Source: Candidatus Bathyarchaeota archaeon
GTDB lineage: Archaea > Thermoproteota > Bathyarchaeia > Bathyarchaeales > Bathycorpusculaceae
DNA: 64,000 bases
Direction: 5' to 3'
NCBI GenBank assembly: GCA_963782525.1
Contig: CAWAKC010000004.1
Coordinates: 32,001 to 96,000, forward strand
Position 1 is the first letter of the stretch; each line of letters begins with the position of its first letter. The notes under the pieces were generated by a model. The model saw nothing but the letters and a program-made list of their open reading frames with translations. It had not been told where the DNA came from and did not search any database. Shown here in pieces: positions 49,776 to 59,597 of the stretch. Position numbers and translations under genes: made by a program.

Positions 49776-50768
49776 ATGAATACTTGGAAACTTCGCTTTT
49801 CAATGGTTGCTACTTTAGCCGCCATTTTTGGTTTAACGACCCTTGTTTTCTCAGCTGTGCTCCTATGGGTTGGATACTTTGATTTAATCACAGTTGGAGC
49901 CTTAGTCGTAGTTCTTAACGTGGCACAGTGGCTCCTCTCACCCTACCTTGTCGGGTGGATTTACAAAGTAAAAGAGATGCCTCAAAACGAAAACCCGCAA
50001 GTTCATCAAATGGTTTCGGATTTAAGCCAGAAAAGCGGAATATCCACGCCAAAACTTATGCTCTCCCAAATCCCACTTCCAAACGCCTTCGCATATGGCT
50101 CACCTTTAACAGGCAGCCGAGTCGCTGTAACCCAAGGGCTTCTTCAGAACCTTGACAGCGGCGAAGTCGAAGCCGTTATAGGTCACGAACTCGGCCATCT
50201 AAAACACCGCGACGTACAAGTCATGATGGTGGTTTCTTTTCTGCCAGCATTGTTCTATTACATCGGTTATTCCCTGATGCTTTCAGGCATGTTCGGCGGC
50301 AATACAGACCGCAAAAATGGAGGCGGCGGAAACAACGCATTATTCGGCTTGGCTTTCATGGCTTTCTCCTGGATCCTTACCCTATTCACACTTTACCTGA
50401 GTCGCCTACGCGAATACTACGCAGACAGGCATAGCGCTTCAATCGTTGAAAATGGCGCTCAAAAACTATCCACGGGCTTAGTAACTATTGTTCAGGAAAG
50501 CAAACGGGTAGGCAAACCAAACAAAGACCAACAGAAAAGCAACAGCTCCTATAAAGCCCTCTTTATCGCCGACCCCGAACGTGCAACCGCAGACTTCGCA
50601 GAACTAAACGCAAACCACCTAACAAACAAAGAAGACCTACTGCGGGAAACCCTTGCAAAACAACCAACATCTATCGACAAATTCGCTGAAATCTTCTCAA
50701 CTCACCCAAACATAATTAAACGGTTGCGGGCGCTGCAGGAAATCAGCCAAAACCCGCCAAACTACTAA
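49776..50768 (+). CDS. htpX: Zn metalloprotease HtpX (M48)
   Basis: PNAFAYG, HELGH, SRLREYYAD, STHP. Confidence 0.92.
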   Translation: MNTWKLRFSMVATLAAIFGLTTLVFSAVLLWVGYFDLITVGALVVVLNVAQWLLSPYLVGWIYKVKEMPQNENPQVHQMVSDLSQKSGISTPKLMLSQIPLPNAFAYGSPLTGSRVAVTQGLLQNLDSGEVEAVIGHELGHLKHRDVQVMMVVSFLPALFYYIGYSLMLSGMFGGNTDRKNGGGGNNALFGLAFMAFSWILTLFTLYLSRLREYYADRHSASIVENGAQKLSTGLVTIVQESKRVGKPNKDQQKSNSSYKALFIADPERATADFAELNANHLTNKEDLLRETLAKQPTSIDKFAEIFSTHPNIIKRLRALQEISQNPPNY

Positions 50769-50769
50769 A

Positions 50770-51393
50770 CTAAAAAAGCATTGTTTCGCTTTTGTTGTTT
50801 AGGAAGGGATTGGTTCTTTTTTCTTCTCCAAGCATAGAAGTTTCCCCGTGTCCAGGATACAACAGTAAGTAATCGGGTAGATGGGTCAGTTTCTCTAAAG
50901 AAGCCGCCATGTCGCTCATTGAGCCACCTGGAAAATCGGTTCTGCCGATGCCCCCTGCAAACAGTGTGTCTCCCGTGAAAATGAGGTGTTCGCCCACAAG
51001 GCATATGCTGCCAGGAGTGTGTCCGGGTGTATGAATGACTTTGAGGGTTTCGTCGCCGCATTGGAGAAAAGTGCCTTCATTTATCATAACGTTGGCTGGG
51101 ATCTTGCTTTTTTCTTCTCCTTCGATGAAATGGGCGTCTAAGGGATGAATACAGATTGGGACGTTGTATTTTTCTTGGAAAACCGCGTTGCCCTTCACGT
51201 GGTCTGAATGGCCATGTGTGTCAACGATGAATTTGACTTTCAACTGGGCTTCCTCTATGTACTCAAAGATTGGTTGAGCTTCGGAAGGAAAGTCAAGCCC
51301 TGGGTCAATTACGATGGCTTCTTTTGTATCTGGGCAACTTGCCACGTAACAGTTCGCTGACAACATGCCTACAGTAAAAGTCTCAACAAGCAT
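50770..51393 (-). CDS. MBL-fold metallo-hydrolase (glyoxalase II-like)
   Basis: THGHSDH, TPGHTPG, GDTLF, PGHG. Confidence 0.92.
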   Translation of the reverse strand: MLVETFTVGMLSANCYVASCPDTKEAIVIDPGLDFPSEAQPIFEYIEEAQLKVKFIVDTHGHSDHVKGNAVFQEKYNVPICIHPLDAHFIEGEEKSKIPANVMINEGTFLQCGDETLKVIHTPGHTPGSICLVGEHLIFTGDTLFAGGIGRTDFPGGSMSDMAASLEKLTHLPDYLLLYPGHGETSMLGEEKRTNPFLNNKSETMLF

Positions 51394-51443
51394 TCAAATC
51401 CCAAATAAATACAGTTTGAGGATAGAATAAAATATTTGCCCTA

Positions 51444-51530
51444 ACGGCAGTTGACAACTTGACTTTCAGGGTAAATCAGGCAGTAACTTTGGTTTTCTTG
51501 TCATAACGGAGCGGGAAAGACGGCCATCGT
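51444..51530 (+). pseudogene. Remnant of an ABC transporter ATPase N-terminus
   Basis: TAVDNLTFRVNQ / NFGFL / HNGAGKT recoverable across two frameshifts. Confidence 0.6.
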
Positions 51531-51920
51531 TAGAGGCAGCAGAACTTCTTTGAAAGAAGAAGACAGTGATGGCGTGGCGACACTGTCTTCTTCTCTTAGG
51601 TAGAAAGATGCAGATTAATGGTCTTCGAAAGAAGAAGAACAACACTTTCCCGTAGGAAAAAACAGTTTTTCTTTCTAACAAAAGAAAGGAGCAATCGCAG
51701 GCTTTCTGCATTCTCATGTTTTGTTGAAAGACCGCTATCGATTAGAAGAAGAAAAAATTGATAGATTTTCTGACAGAATGATTTTTTCTTCTTTCAACTT
51801 TAACTCCAGAACTCAATGGAAAGAACAACTCTGCGCAGCCCTAACCAAGCTATTTTTTCAAAACTTTTCTTAGTTTCCGCCAACAAAAATAGAAATTAAC
51901 TAAAAAATTGGTCGAACGGT

Positions 51921-52169
51921 TTAATCTTCTAAGTCATGCTGGAAACCAGTAACTTTTATGGTGCTTGTGCACTTGTTGCAGCTAATCATTAGCTCCGCGA
52001 GTTCGTCGTTGACGACTTTTGTTTCCAAGATTTGGTAGTTTTCTTCCGATTCGTCATCAGGCGATATCGAGAGTCCGCATTTGGGACACTGGAACGAACC
52101 ATCTTCTTCAACAGTAGACATGTCTATTTTGTACGTCAAGGTTTTTTTGTCCAGCTTTTTCATCATCAT
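51921..52169 (-). CDS. Small zinc-ribbon protein
   Basis: CPKCG.ISPDD...CNKC. Confidence 0.7.
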   Translation of the reverse strand: MMMKKLDKKTLTYKIDMSTVEEDGSFQCPKCGLSISPDDESEENYQILETKVVNDELAELMISCNKCTSTIKVTGFQHDLED

Positions 52170-52315
52170 TTTCTATATCACTCTTTCTCTTTAAATTTTC
52201 ATGACTGTTTTTATTTATTAACAATTATGAATTTTTAATTCAGTTATGTCACATTCATTTAAAAGGATGACGCAAGAAAGGGGAAAAAAATTTGTTTTAT
52301 TCGCCATCTTTGCAC

Positions 52316-54211
52316 TTAACTCTCTGCTTCTTTTTCAAAGTTTTCGGGCGAGATATAATCGCCGTACATCTCTTTGGCTTCGAGTAAGCGTTGGCGTTGT
52401 AGGTAGAGTATGCCGAACATTTCAAGTGGGTTGTCAGTGACGTTTTCTTGGTAGAATCTTTGGACGCGCTCGATTTTTGCTAGGTTTTCGGGGACGCGTA
52501 TGGTGAATTGTTTGATGTAGTCTTCTTTTGCGTAGTTTTTGCCTAAGACCGATTTGAATAGTTTTTTGAGATCATCGTACTTCGGTATGTATCCTGTGGG
52601 TGTTTTTAGTGCGCCGACTTCGTTGTTGACTCGTAGTTCCATCCATTTGATCCAAACGTGTTTGTCTTGGGGGCTGTTGAGGTATTTGTCGTTGCCGACT
52701 TCTTTGAGGAAGTAGTTGACTCCGAAGACTATGGGTTGCTTTTTGAGTTTTCTTCCGAAGTCTAAGTTGTTGTGGACGTTTTTGCCCATTGGAATGCTGA
52801 TGAAGTCTTGGATACTCATCATGTTGATTTCTGGTACGCCTTCTTTGCCGATGGTTGCGAACGTAGTTTCTGTTTCCAGCGAGGCTCCGTATGCGACTAT
52901 GCCGTGGTCCCAGCTGAAGCTTTGCTGAACAGGCACGTAAGCTTTGACGTCGCGTCCGCCGTACATTATGCCGCCAAGTTCGACGCCGTTGGGATTATCC
53001 AGTTCTGGGTCAACGTTTTCGAGTGCTTTGAGCGCTACTGCGTAACGTGCGTTTTTGTTTGCTGCTGGAACGTCATTGCCTGTTTCGTCTTTTTTGCCGT
53101 CGTACCATGTTCCGCTGTAGTTGCAGCCATCTTTGGGCAGTTCTTGTCCCATGCCCAGCCAGTAAGGTTTGCCGTCTTTTACCAATACGTTGGAGAAGAC
53201 GATTTCGCCTGGGTTAGTTAATACTTTCCAGATTAAGGCATCGTCTTTGGGTTTAACATCCTGTATGATTCCGAAAATACCTGATTCAACGTTGACTGCG
53301 CGGGCAGCTGAGTTGATGTCTCGGATGTAAGCGATGTCGTCGCCGAGGATTGTTTCGCCTGGTAACATGGCGGTTGAGGTTTTGCCGCATGCACTTGGGA
53401 AAGCACCTGCAAAGTAGGTTTTGCGTCCCCCTGGACCAAAAACACCCATAAGTAACATGTGTTCTGCCAGCCAACCTTCACTGCTGGCTTTGCGTATGGC
53501 TAAGCGGAATGCAAGTTTTTTGAAGCCAACAGAGTTTCCTGCGTACTGGGTGTTGACGCTATAGATGGTGTTGTCCATGTGGTCGATGTAGATGCGTTTT
53601 TTTGCGTAATCTACACTAACCATGTCACTGTTGAGTTTTCCAGCCGAATGCAACACACGTAAGAAATCGGTCTTTACTCCTGCCTTCACGAACTGCTCAT
53701 ATCCCGGCCTGTACAGCAGAGATTCAGAATGAGAAACATACCAAGAATCAGTGCACTGTAAACCCAAAATCGTGAAAATCGAGTCAGCGGGGCCAAGAGC
53801 GATGAAACGTACAATCATGGTTTTGCCAACCATGGCGCCACGAAGCAACCCCATAACTTCAAGGAGCCCTTCTTGGCGATCCATCTGATTCAGCGCTTTG
53901 CTGAGTGTTACGCCTTTGGGCACGAGGTATTTGGTCGCTTGGCGATCGCGGCCTTGGTCTTGTTCGCCATCAAAGTGAACAGTGTGCCCTTGTATAGTCA
54001 GGATTGCTTGTTCCTCGCCAGTGGCGATTGCCTGTTTACGTACAAAAGCCATGTCTTCGGCGGAGTCGCTGCAAATAAAGATTTTTTCTGGATGGCATAG
54101 GTCGCTTTCTTTAGCGATAAATTCGTGAACGTTGGGGTTGTCTATGGCACTGAGTTTTTGGAAGTCTGCTACACTCATTTTAGCTTGTAATGCTTCTAAG
54201 TACGGATTCAT
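52316..54211 (-). CDS. pckG: Phosphoenolpyruvate carboxykinase (GTP)
   Basis: YAGNSVGFKK, WLAEHM, FPSACGKTS, GDDIAY, NARY, YGGRD. Confidence 0.93.
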   Translation of the reverse strand: MNPYLEALQAKMSVADFQKLSAIDNPNVHEFIAKESDLCHPEKIFICSDSAEDMAFVRKQAIATGEEQAILTIQGHTVHFDGEQDQGRDRQATKYLVPKGVTLSKALNQMDRQEGLLEVMGLLRGAMVGKTMIVRFIALGPADSIFTILGLQCTDSWYVSHSESLLYRPGYEQFVKAGVKTDFLRVLHSAGKLNSDMVSVDYAKKRIYIDHMDNTIYSVNTQYAGNSVGFKKLAFRLAIRKASSEGWLAEHMLLMGVFGPGGRKTYFAGAFPSACGKTSTAMLPGETILGDDIAYIRDINSAARAVNVESGIFGIIQDVKPKDDALIWKVLTNPGEIVFSNVLVKDGKPYWLGMGQELPKDGCNYSGTWYDGKKDETGNDVPAANKNARYAVALKALENVDPELDNPNGVELGGIMYGGRDVKAYVPVQQSFSWDHGIVAYGASLETETTFATIGKEGVPEINMMSIQDFISIPMGKNVHNNLDFGRKLKKQPIVFGVNYFLKEVGNDKYLNSPQDKHVWIKWMELRVNNEVGALKTPTGYIPKYDDLKKLFKSVLGKNYAKEDYIKQFTIRVPENLAKIERVQRFYQENVTDNPLEMFGILYLQRQRLLEAKEMYGDYISPENFEKEAES

Positions 54212-54224
54212 TGTGTGTCTTTCC

Positions 54225-55190
54225 TTAGAGTTCATGTACTGTGCCGGGGACACGTGGGAACGGTTGGCATTCACCGATGTGTTTGACGCCTGCAAGCCAT
54301 CCGACTAAACGTTCCATGCCTATGCCTCCGCCAGCGGTGGGTTTGAGTCTGCCTTCCTTCGCCATCTTGAGCACTAATGCATAGTTTTCTTTCTTAACTT
54401 GGTCACGCTCAATCTTCTTTAGAATTTTAGCGTATTCGTACTCGCGTTTAGCGCCTGAGAGGACTTCGCCAAATTGTGGCAGGAACAAGTCATAGTTGTC
54501 CCATTTGCCCGTCTTGAAGTCTTCGAAATCGTAGAATTCTCGTGGAATGTTAGTTACCCACACAGGTTCCTTCGTTTCTTCGGATATGCCTGCCTCCCAG
54601 TCTGCACCGTATTTGGCTTCAAGTTCTACGCGGTCATAGATTTTGAAGGGTGCTTTTGGCGCTTTGAGGGTGTCACAGCGGCAGAGAGTAGTTAATTCGC
54701 CTTTCATGTCTTTCTTTAAGTCTTTCACGAGGGTGCCGATGGCTTCTTCAACCAAAGCAAAAATCTCTTTTGAGGTTGCATCTCGGGCTTCAAAGTCGAG
54801 TTGGGTGAATTCGTAGATGTGCCTGCCTGTTTTGGCGCGTTCAGCTTTCTCAATCCGGATGTTTGGTGAAAGGATGAAGAGTTTGGGGTAGGCTGTTGAG
54901 GCTGCGACGAGTTTGTGGATAATCATGCTGGCTGTGGTGCGGACTGGTTTGCCGTAGATGTCGACTTCAATTCTTTTCTCTATTGATGCTCCTGGATCAG
55001 GCCACAGAGGGTCGGTGCTTTGGCTGAGTGCCACGGGCAAGAGCCACTGGAAACCTTTGTTAACAAAAGTTGTTGAGAGACTCTTTAATGTGTAAGTCAT
55101 AATTTTGCCTATGCAGGCTTTTCTTTCTATTTCCGTCGCCGACAGTTGGTCTAACGATTTGGGCATTTCTATTAATTCTTGTTTTGGCAT
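54225..55190 (-). CDS. asnA: Archaeal asparagine synthetase A (AsnRS-like catalytic domain without anticodon domain)
   Basis: TDPLWPDP, SMIIHK, SPNIRIE, HIYEFTQLDFE, GGGIGMERL, PFPRVPG. Confidence 0.88.
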   Translation of the reverse strand: MPKQELIEMPKSLDQLSATEIERKACIGKIMTYTLKSLSTTFVNKGFQWLLPVALSQSTDPLWPDPGASIEKRIEVDIYGKPVRTTASMIIHKLVAASTAYPKLFILSPNIRIEKAERAKTGRHIYEFTQLDFEARDATSKEIFALVEEAIGTLVKDLKKDMKGELTTLCRCDTLKAPKAPFKIYDRVELEAKYGADWEAGISEETKEPVWVTNIPREFYDFEDFKTGKWDNYDLFLPQFGEVLSGAKREYEYAKILKKIERDQVKKENYALVLKMAKEGRLKPTAGGGIGMERLVGWLAGVKHIGECQPFPRVPGTVHEL

Positions 55191-55242
55191 ATATGTCCCT
55201 GTGAGTTTGTTTTGGTGTACACTGTGCATGGCGGGTAATAAA

Positions 55243-55313
55243 TTTTATACAATAAAACATGGATAATTTACAATAAATACACATTTTTATATTTGAAACC
55301 TGTAATATTTACA
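55243..55313. promoter_or_regulatory. Three 5-3-5 palindromes, Lrp/AsnC operator candidates
   Basis: TTTAT-ACA-ATAAA, ATTTA-CAA-TAAAT, TGTAA-TAT-TTACA between asnA and lrp. Confidence 0.45.
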
Positions 55314-55314
55314 T

Positions 55315-55821
55315 ATGAGCGCTAAACTAGATGAAAAAGACCTCGCCATCTTAACCCTCATCCAAGAAAACAGCAAACTAACCGCTAACCAAATCGCCAA
55401 AAAAATCAACGCTCCAATCACAACTGTCTTCGCCAAAACCAAACGCATGGAAGAAATGGGCATAATCAAAGAATACCGCGCTATCCTCAGCCCAGAAAAA
55501 CTCAACCTCGGCACCGCCGCCTTCATCTTAGCCTCAGTCTCTTACCGCGCAAAAAACCAAGACGAAACCCCGATATCTCAAAGACAAGTTGCAGAAGAAA
55601 TCGCAAGGTTTCCTGAAGTACAAGAAGTACACATAATCACGGGTGACTGGGATTTGCTAGTTAAATTGCGTGGGGAAAATGTAGAGGCAGTCGGCAAGTT
55701 TGTTGTCGACAAATTACGGTTAATAAAAGGATTAGATAAGACGCTAACATGCATGGTTTTTGAAACAGTGAAAGAATCCACTAGCATTCCTCAGATGTTT
55801 CGTAAAACTCCGTCGAAATAA
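55315..55821 (+). CDS. Lrp/AsnC family transcriptional regulator
   Basis: LDEKDLAIL...IAKKI HTH; EVHIITGDWDL RAM domain. Confidence 0.92.
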   Translation: MSAKLDEKDLAILTLIQENSKLTANQIAKKINAPITTVFAKTKRMEEMGIIKEYRAILSPEKLNLGTAAFILASVSYRAKNQDETPISQRQVAEEIARFPEVQEVHIITGDWDLLVKLRGENVEAVGKFVVDKLRLIKGLDKTLTCMVFETVKESTSIPQMFRKTPSK

Positions 55822-55824
55822 TAT

Positions 55825-56283
55825 TTAGGCGGAACTGGAATAGTAAAGCAAAGGCAATGCAAGAAGAACAGTGTTTTTTCCTTTAGCAGTAAGTGTATAC
55901 TCAACTCTCAAGGGCGGTCCAGCCGTGACGTTTCGTGTAATGTAACCGTGTTTCTGCAGCATCTTGAGCTTATCCGAGAGCGTTCTGGAGTTAACAGTTA
56001 AGATTTTTTTTATCTCTCCAAACCCGATGGAATCTTTAAGCATTAGGGAATAGAGGATTTCGAGGCTCCATTTCTGAAAAAGAAAGTTGAACCTTTCCTC
56101 TAGACTTTCAAGCTCGTCTTTGAGTTCGGTTGGGGCGATTTTTTGTTTTTCTATTATTTCGTTGAAAGTTACTTCGATGCCTTTTAGGACTTTGTCCATT
56201 TGGGTTTCGACGAGCTTGCGGAATTCAGCACTCAAAGTCAATGGGGCACTCATTTGCTTTACACTCGGTGTGGTTTTGCTCAC
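55825..56283 (-). CDS. HxlR family wHTH regulator
   Basis: KWSLEIL, RTLSDKLK, PPLRVEYTLTAKG. Confidence 0.88.
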   Translation of the reverse strand: MSKTTPSVKQMSAPLTLSAEFRKLVETQMDKVLKGIEVTFNEIIEKQKIAPTELKDELESLEERFNFLFQKWSLEILYSLMLKDSIGFGEIKKILTVNSRTLSDKLKMLQKHGYITRNVTAGPPLRVEYTLTAKGKNTVLLALPLLYYSSSA

Positions 56284-56353
56284 TTCATAATTTATTAAGC
56301 TTTACATATACAACAAGGTATACAAAGTAAAGTTACCTCGGAGGATAAATCAC

Positions 56354-57715
56354 ATGGAAAAATATGACGCTATAGTCGTTGGAGCAGGAACAGCGGGCTG
56401 CTTAGCAGCAAAAACCATCGCTGAATCAGGCTTAACAGTATGCCTCATAGAAAAGAAAAAACGCGAAGACATCGGCGAAAAAATCTGCGGCGACGCCCTG
56501 GGCGAACATCACCTAAAGACACTAGGACTCGAGAAGCCCACAGGCGGCGAACTCGAAGCCAAAATTGACGGAATAAAAATCTTCTCACCAGACGAAAACA
56601 CCGTCTTCACCATTGCAGACAAAGACTTCATCGGTTATCTACTCAACAGGCGACTGTTTGGGCAATGGCTTCTCAAAAAAGCCACCGACAAAGGCGCAAT
56701 TCTTCAAGACAACATGAACTTCCGCTCACCCATCATCGAGAAAGGCGCAGTCGTCGGCATCACAGCCAAAAACATGGTCACGGGCAAAGTCTCCGAGATG
56801 CGCAGCAAAGTTGTGGTTGACGCCAGCGGTTACTTCGGCATGGTACGCAAACAACTGCCACCGCAGATGGGCATCGACCGCGACATAGCAAACCAAGATG
56901 TTGAAGCCTGCTACCGCGAAATCCGCCAACTCAAACAAGAAAACGAAAACACAAACTTCTGCGAAATCTACCTAAATCAAAAAGCGTCACCAGGTGGCTA
57001 CATATGGATTTTCCCCAAAGGCGGTGCCCGCGTAAACGTTGGCTTAGGCATTTGCATGCGAGGAAACTATCCGAATCCAAAAGAGCAACTCTACAACACC
57101 GTCTTCAAGAAACCAATCTTTGAAGGTTCATTGGTTTTGACTGGTGGCTCATGGTTTGACCCTGTCCGCAGACCCTTAGATAATATGGTTTCAAACGGAG
57201 TCATGCTCGTCGGCGATGCTGCCTCATTAGTTAACCCGATTCATGGCGGCGGCATCGGGCCTTCAATGCTAAGCGGCTACTTTGGAGGACAACAAATCGT
57301 AGAAGCACTCTCAAAAGGCGAACCCACCAAAGAAGCACTATGGGGCTACAACAAAAAATACATCGAAACCTACGGCAAAAAACAAGGTACCCTCGACATA
57401 TTCAAAATGTTTCTTCTCTCTTGCAGCGATGAAGACCTCAACTATGGCATGAACGAGAAACTCATGACCGAAGACGACGTACTCAAAGCAGGTATGGGCG
57501 ACGACTTCCACCTCAACATCACCGAAACCGCAAAACGAGTATTCAGAGGCTTACGCAGAGTCGGCTTCCTAAATAGACTACGCTTAACCGTTATGATGAT
57601 GAAGGGTCTACGCGCACACTACAACACTTACCCAACCTCGCCTGAAGGTTTCGAGCCATGGCGCTTGCAAACTGTAAAGCTGATTGAAGAAGCCAGAGGC
57701 AAACTCGTAGATTAG
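56354..57715 (+). CDS. Geranylgeranyl reductase family protein
   Basis: VVGAGTAG, KICGD, GGYIWIFPK, GDAA..VNPIHGGG. Confidence 0.9.
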   Translation: MEKYDAIVVGAGTAGCLAAKTIAESGLTVCLIEKKKREDIGEKICGDALGEHHLKTLGLEKPTGGELEAKIDGIKIFSPDENTVFTIADKDFIGYLLNRRLFGQWLLKKATDKGAILQDNMNFRSPIIEKGAVVGITAKNMVTGKVSEMRSKVVVDASGYFGMVRKQLPPQMGIDRDIANQDVEACYREIRQLKQENENTNFCEIYLNQKASPGGYIWIFPKGGARVNVGLGICMRGNYPNPKEQLYNTVFKKPIFEGSLVLTGGSWFDPVRRPLDNMVSNGVMLVGDAASLVNPIHGGGIGPSMLSGYFGGQQIVEALSKGEPTKEALWGYNKKYIETYGKKQGTLDIFKMFLLSCSDEDLNYGMNEKLMTEDDVLKAGMGDDFHLNITETAKRVFRGLRRVGFLNRLRLTVMMMKGLRAHYNTYPTSPEGFEPWRLQTVKLIEEARGKLVD

Positions 57716-57777
57716 TTTTTTTTAAACTAACTTTTTTCTTTTTTGTTTTTTGCAAAGCTTAAATTCTCAGCATACAC

Positions 57778-58167
57778 TTGCTATTATCGGTGAAGAAAAT
57801 GGTTTATTGTTCTAATTGCGGAGAAAAAATTCCAGACGACGTTTATTTCTGTTTCAAATGCGGCACAAAAACCTCTGTAGGTAAAGCAGCAAAAGCCACT
57901 TATCCAGCAGACGAGTTGCGGGATGCCTTCTACCAAGTGGGAGTTGAACTGGAGAGAGCCTTCAATATTGCGGCAAAGGAAACGCAGGCAGCGTTCAAAC
58001 GGGTCAGTGAAGATATGCAACAAAAACAGCAGCAGAAAACCACTGCTAGCGCTCAAGGAACAGTGGTTTGCTCAAGCTGCGGAAGTAAGAATGTTTCCGG
58101 AGCAGTTTTCTGTCACAGCTGCGGCGCAAAAGTAGCTTCTTCTGAAAAGTCTCATGGGAGCACCTGA
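57778..58167 (+). CDS. Double zinc-ribbon protein
   Basis: CSNCG..FCFKCG and CSSCG..FCHSCG; start likely the ATG at 57799. Confidence 0.8.
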   Translation: MLLSVKKMVYCSNCGEKIPDDVYFCFKCGTKTSVGKAAKATYPADELRDAFYQVGVELERAFNIAAKETQAAFKRVSEDMQQKQQQKTTASAQGTVVCSSCGSKNVSGAVFCHSCGAKVASSEKSHGST

Positions 58168-58642
58168 AACCATGGGCGGCAAAACTCTAGTAGCCTACGA
58201 ATCTAAAAGCGGCGCTACTGAAGAGTCTGCCCGAAAAATCGCAGATGTTTTGCGTTCGAAATTCAATTTAGAAGTTGACTTAGTTGATTTAGGCAAACAA
58301 AACATTTCTGATTGCTCGTTGTACCAGAACATTGTTGTAGGCGGCGGTGTGAGAGCTGGCAAAGTCTACAGTAAAGCGTTAAAATGCCTCGAAAATGATT
58401 GGTCAAGCAAGAAGGTGGCTTTTTTTGTTTCTGCTGGTCAAGCAGGCGACCCAAAAACCTACGAAACAGCCAAAGCCAAGTTTGCTGAAAGCACCCTTGC
58501 CAAGTACCCAAACATTAAACCAGTGAGTTGGGAAGCTTTTGGCGGACGCATGAGTATCCTTGGAAAAAAGATATTTGACACCATTGATTTAGTTAAGGTT
58601 GAGGCTTGGGCAGAAGAGCTTGGAAAAAAATTCACTCAATAA
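58154..58642 (+). CDS. Flavodoxin-domain (HemG-like) protein
   Basis: YESKSGAT, IVVGGGV, FGG. Confidence 0.85.
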   Translation: MGAPETMGGKTLVAYESKSGATEESARKIADVLRSKFNLEVDLVDLGKQNISDCSLYQNIVVGGGVRAGKVYSKALKCLENDWSSKKVAFFVSAGQAGDPKTYETAKAKFAESTLAKYPNIKPVSWEAFGGRMSILGKKIFDTIDLVKVEAWAEELGKKFTQ

Positions 58643-58844
58643 ACCCAAGGCCACTAAAGCGGGCGCACTACTTTGTCCGTCGTGCTGCATCGAATACGTT
58701 GAAATTGTGTTTGATATGGAAGTTGACGGCATTATCCTGTACAATGTAAAAGCGCTCAAGTGTCCGGAATGCGAAGAAGAACTGTTTACACCCCAGCAAC
58801 ATGAGGCAATCAAGCAAAAAATCGACGATTCAACCCAGCCCTAA
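58599..58844 (+). CDS. YgiT-type zinc finger protein
   Basis: CPSC...NVKALKCPECEEELF; start uncertain. Confidence 0.65.
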   Translation: MRLGQKSLEKNSLNKPKATKAGALLCPSCCIEYVEIVFDMEVDGIILYNVKALKCPECEEELFTPQQHEAIKQKIDDSTQP

Positions 58845-58998
58845 AAAATATATTCGTTTTAAGCAGTATCTTGCAACCCCAAAATAGTTAAATCAACATT
58901 TGGGTTTTTGGTATAGCCTTCGTTTTTAGAGGTCGATAGGCTTTTATATTTGGCTATTGTGTCTATGGTTTGCAACAAACGGGATTTGACATCAAAGT

Positions 58999-59307
58999 AT
59001 GGTCAGAAAAGCACGAATCCGCCTCACAAGCACAGATTATAGTAAATTAGAAGAGGTATGTGGAGAACTAAAGAGCATTGCCTCAAAAACAGGTGTAAAA
59101 ATGAATGGTCCAGTACCACTACCAACCAAACGCCTACGTGTTCCAGTCCTTAAAGGTCCATCAGGAGAAGGCACAGCCACATGGGACCGATGGGAAATGC
59201 GCATTCACAAACGCTTAATTGACATCGACTCTGAAGAACGTGTAATGCGCCGAATCATGCGTATACGGGTTCCAGAAGAAGTCCACGTCACAATCGAACT
59301 AATCTAA
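58999..59307 (+). CDS. rps10: 30S ribosomal protein S10 (uS10)
   Basis: [36 protein letters not shown]. Confidence 0.97.
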   Translation: MVRKARIRLTSTDYSKLEEVCGELKSIASKTGVKMNGPVPLPTKRLRVPVLKGPSGEGTATWDRWEMRIHKRLIDIDSEERVMRRIMRIRVPEEVHVTIELI

Positions 59308-59403
59308 ATTTTAATTTTTTTTGATTTTTTGGGTTTAATTTTTCTTTTCAGCACATTCCTTAAATCTTTCAAGTTCTTGTCAAGCAATTGAGAGGTGAAG
59401 TGA

Positions 59404-59571
59404 ATGAAGGAATGGCGATGTATCTTAGTCAGCCACCATGACGATGTGGGCAAAGCTATCATGGAGTGGGAACAGCAAGGTTGGCGACTCAACTCTTACA
59501 GTACTGCTGGAATGGGCGGAGCATGGAACTACACCGTTAATCACTACTTGCTCTTTGAAAGAGGACAATAA
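59404..59571 (+). CDS. 55-aa DUF4177-like protein (not in ORF track)
   Basis: MKEWRCILVSHHDDVGKAIMEWEQQGWRL...YLLFER; GAGGTGA RBS. Confidence 0.7.
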   Translation: MKEWRCILVSHHDDVGKAIMEWEQQGWRLNSYSTAGMGGAWNYTVNHYLLFERGQ

Positions 59572-59597
59572 AAAAATCTCGTTTTCTACTTCTTAAA

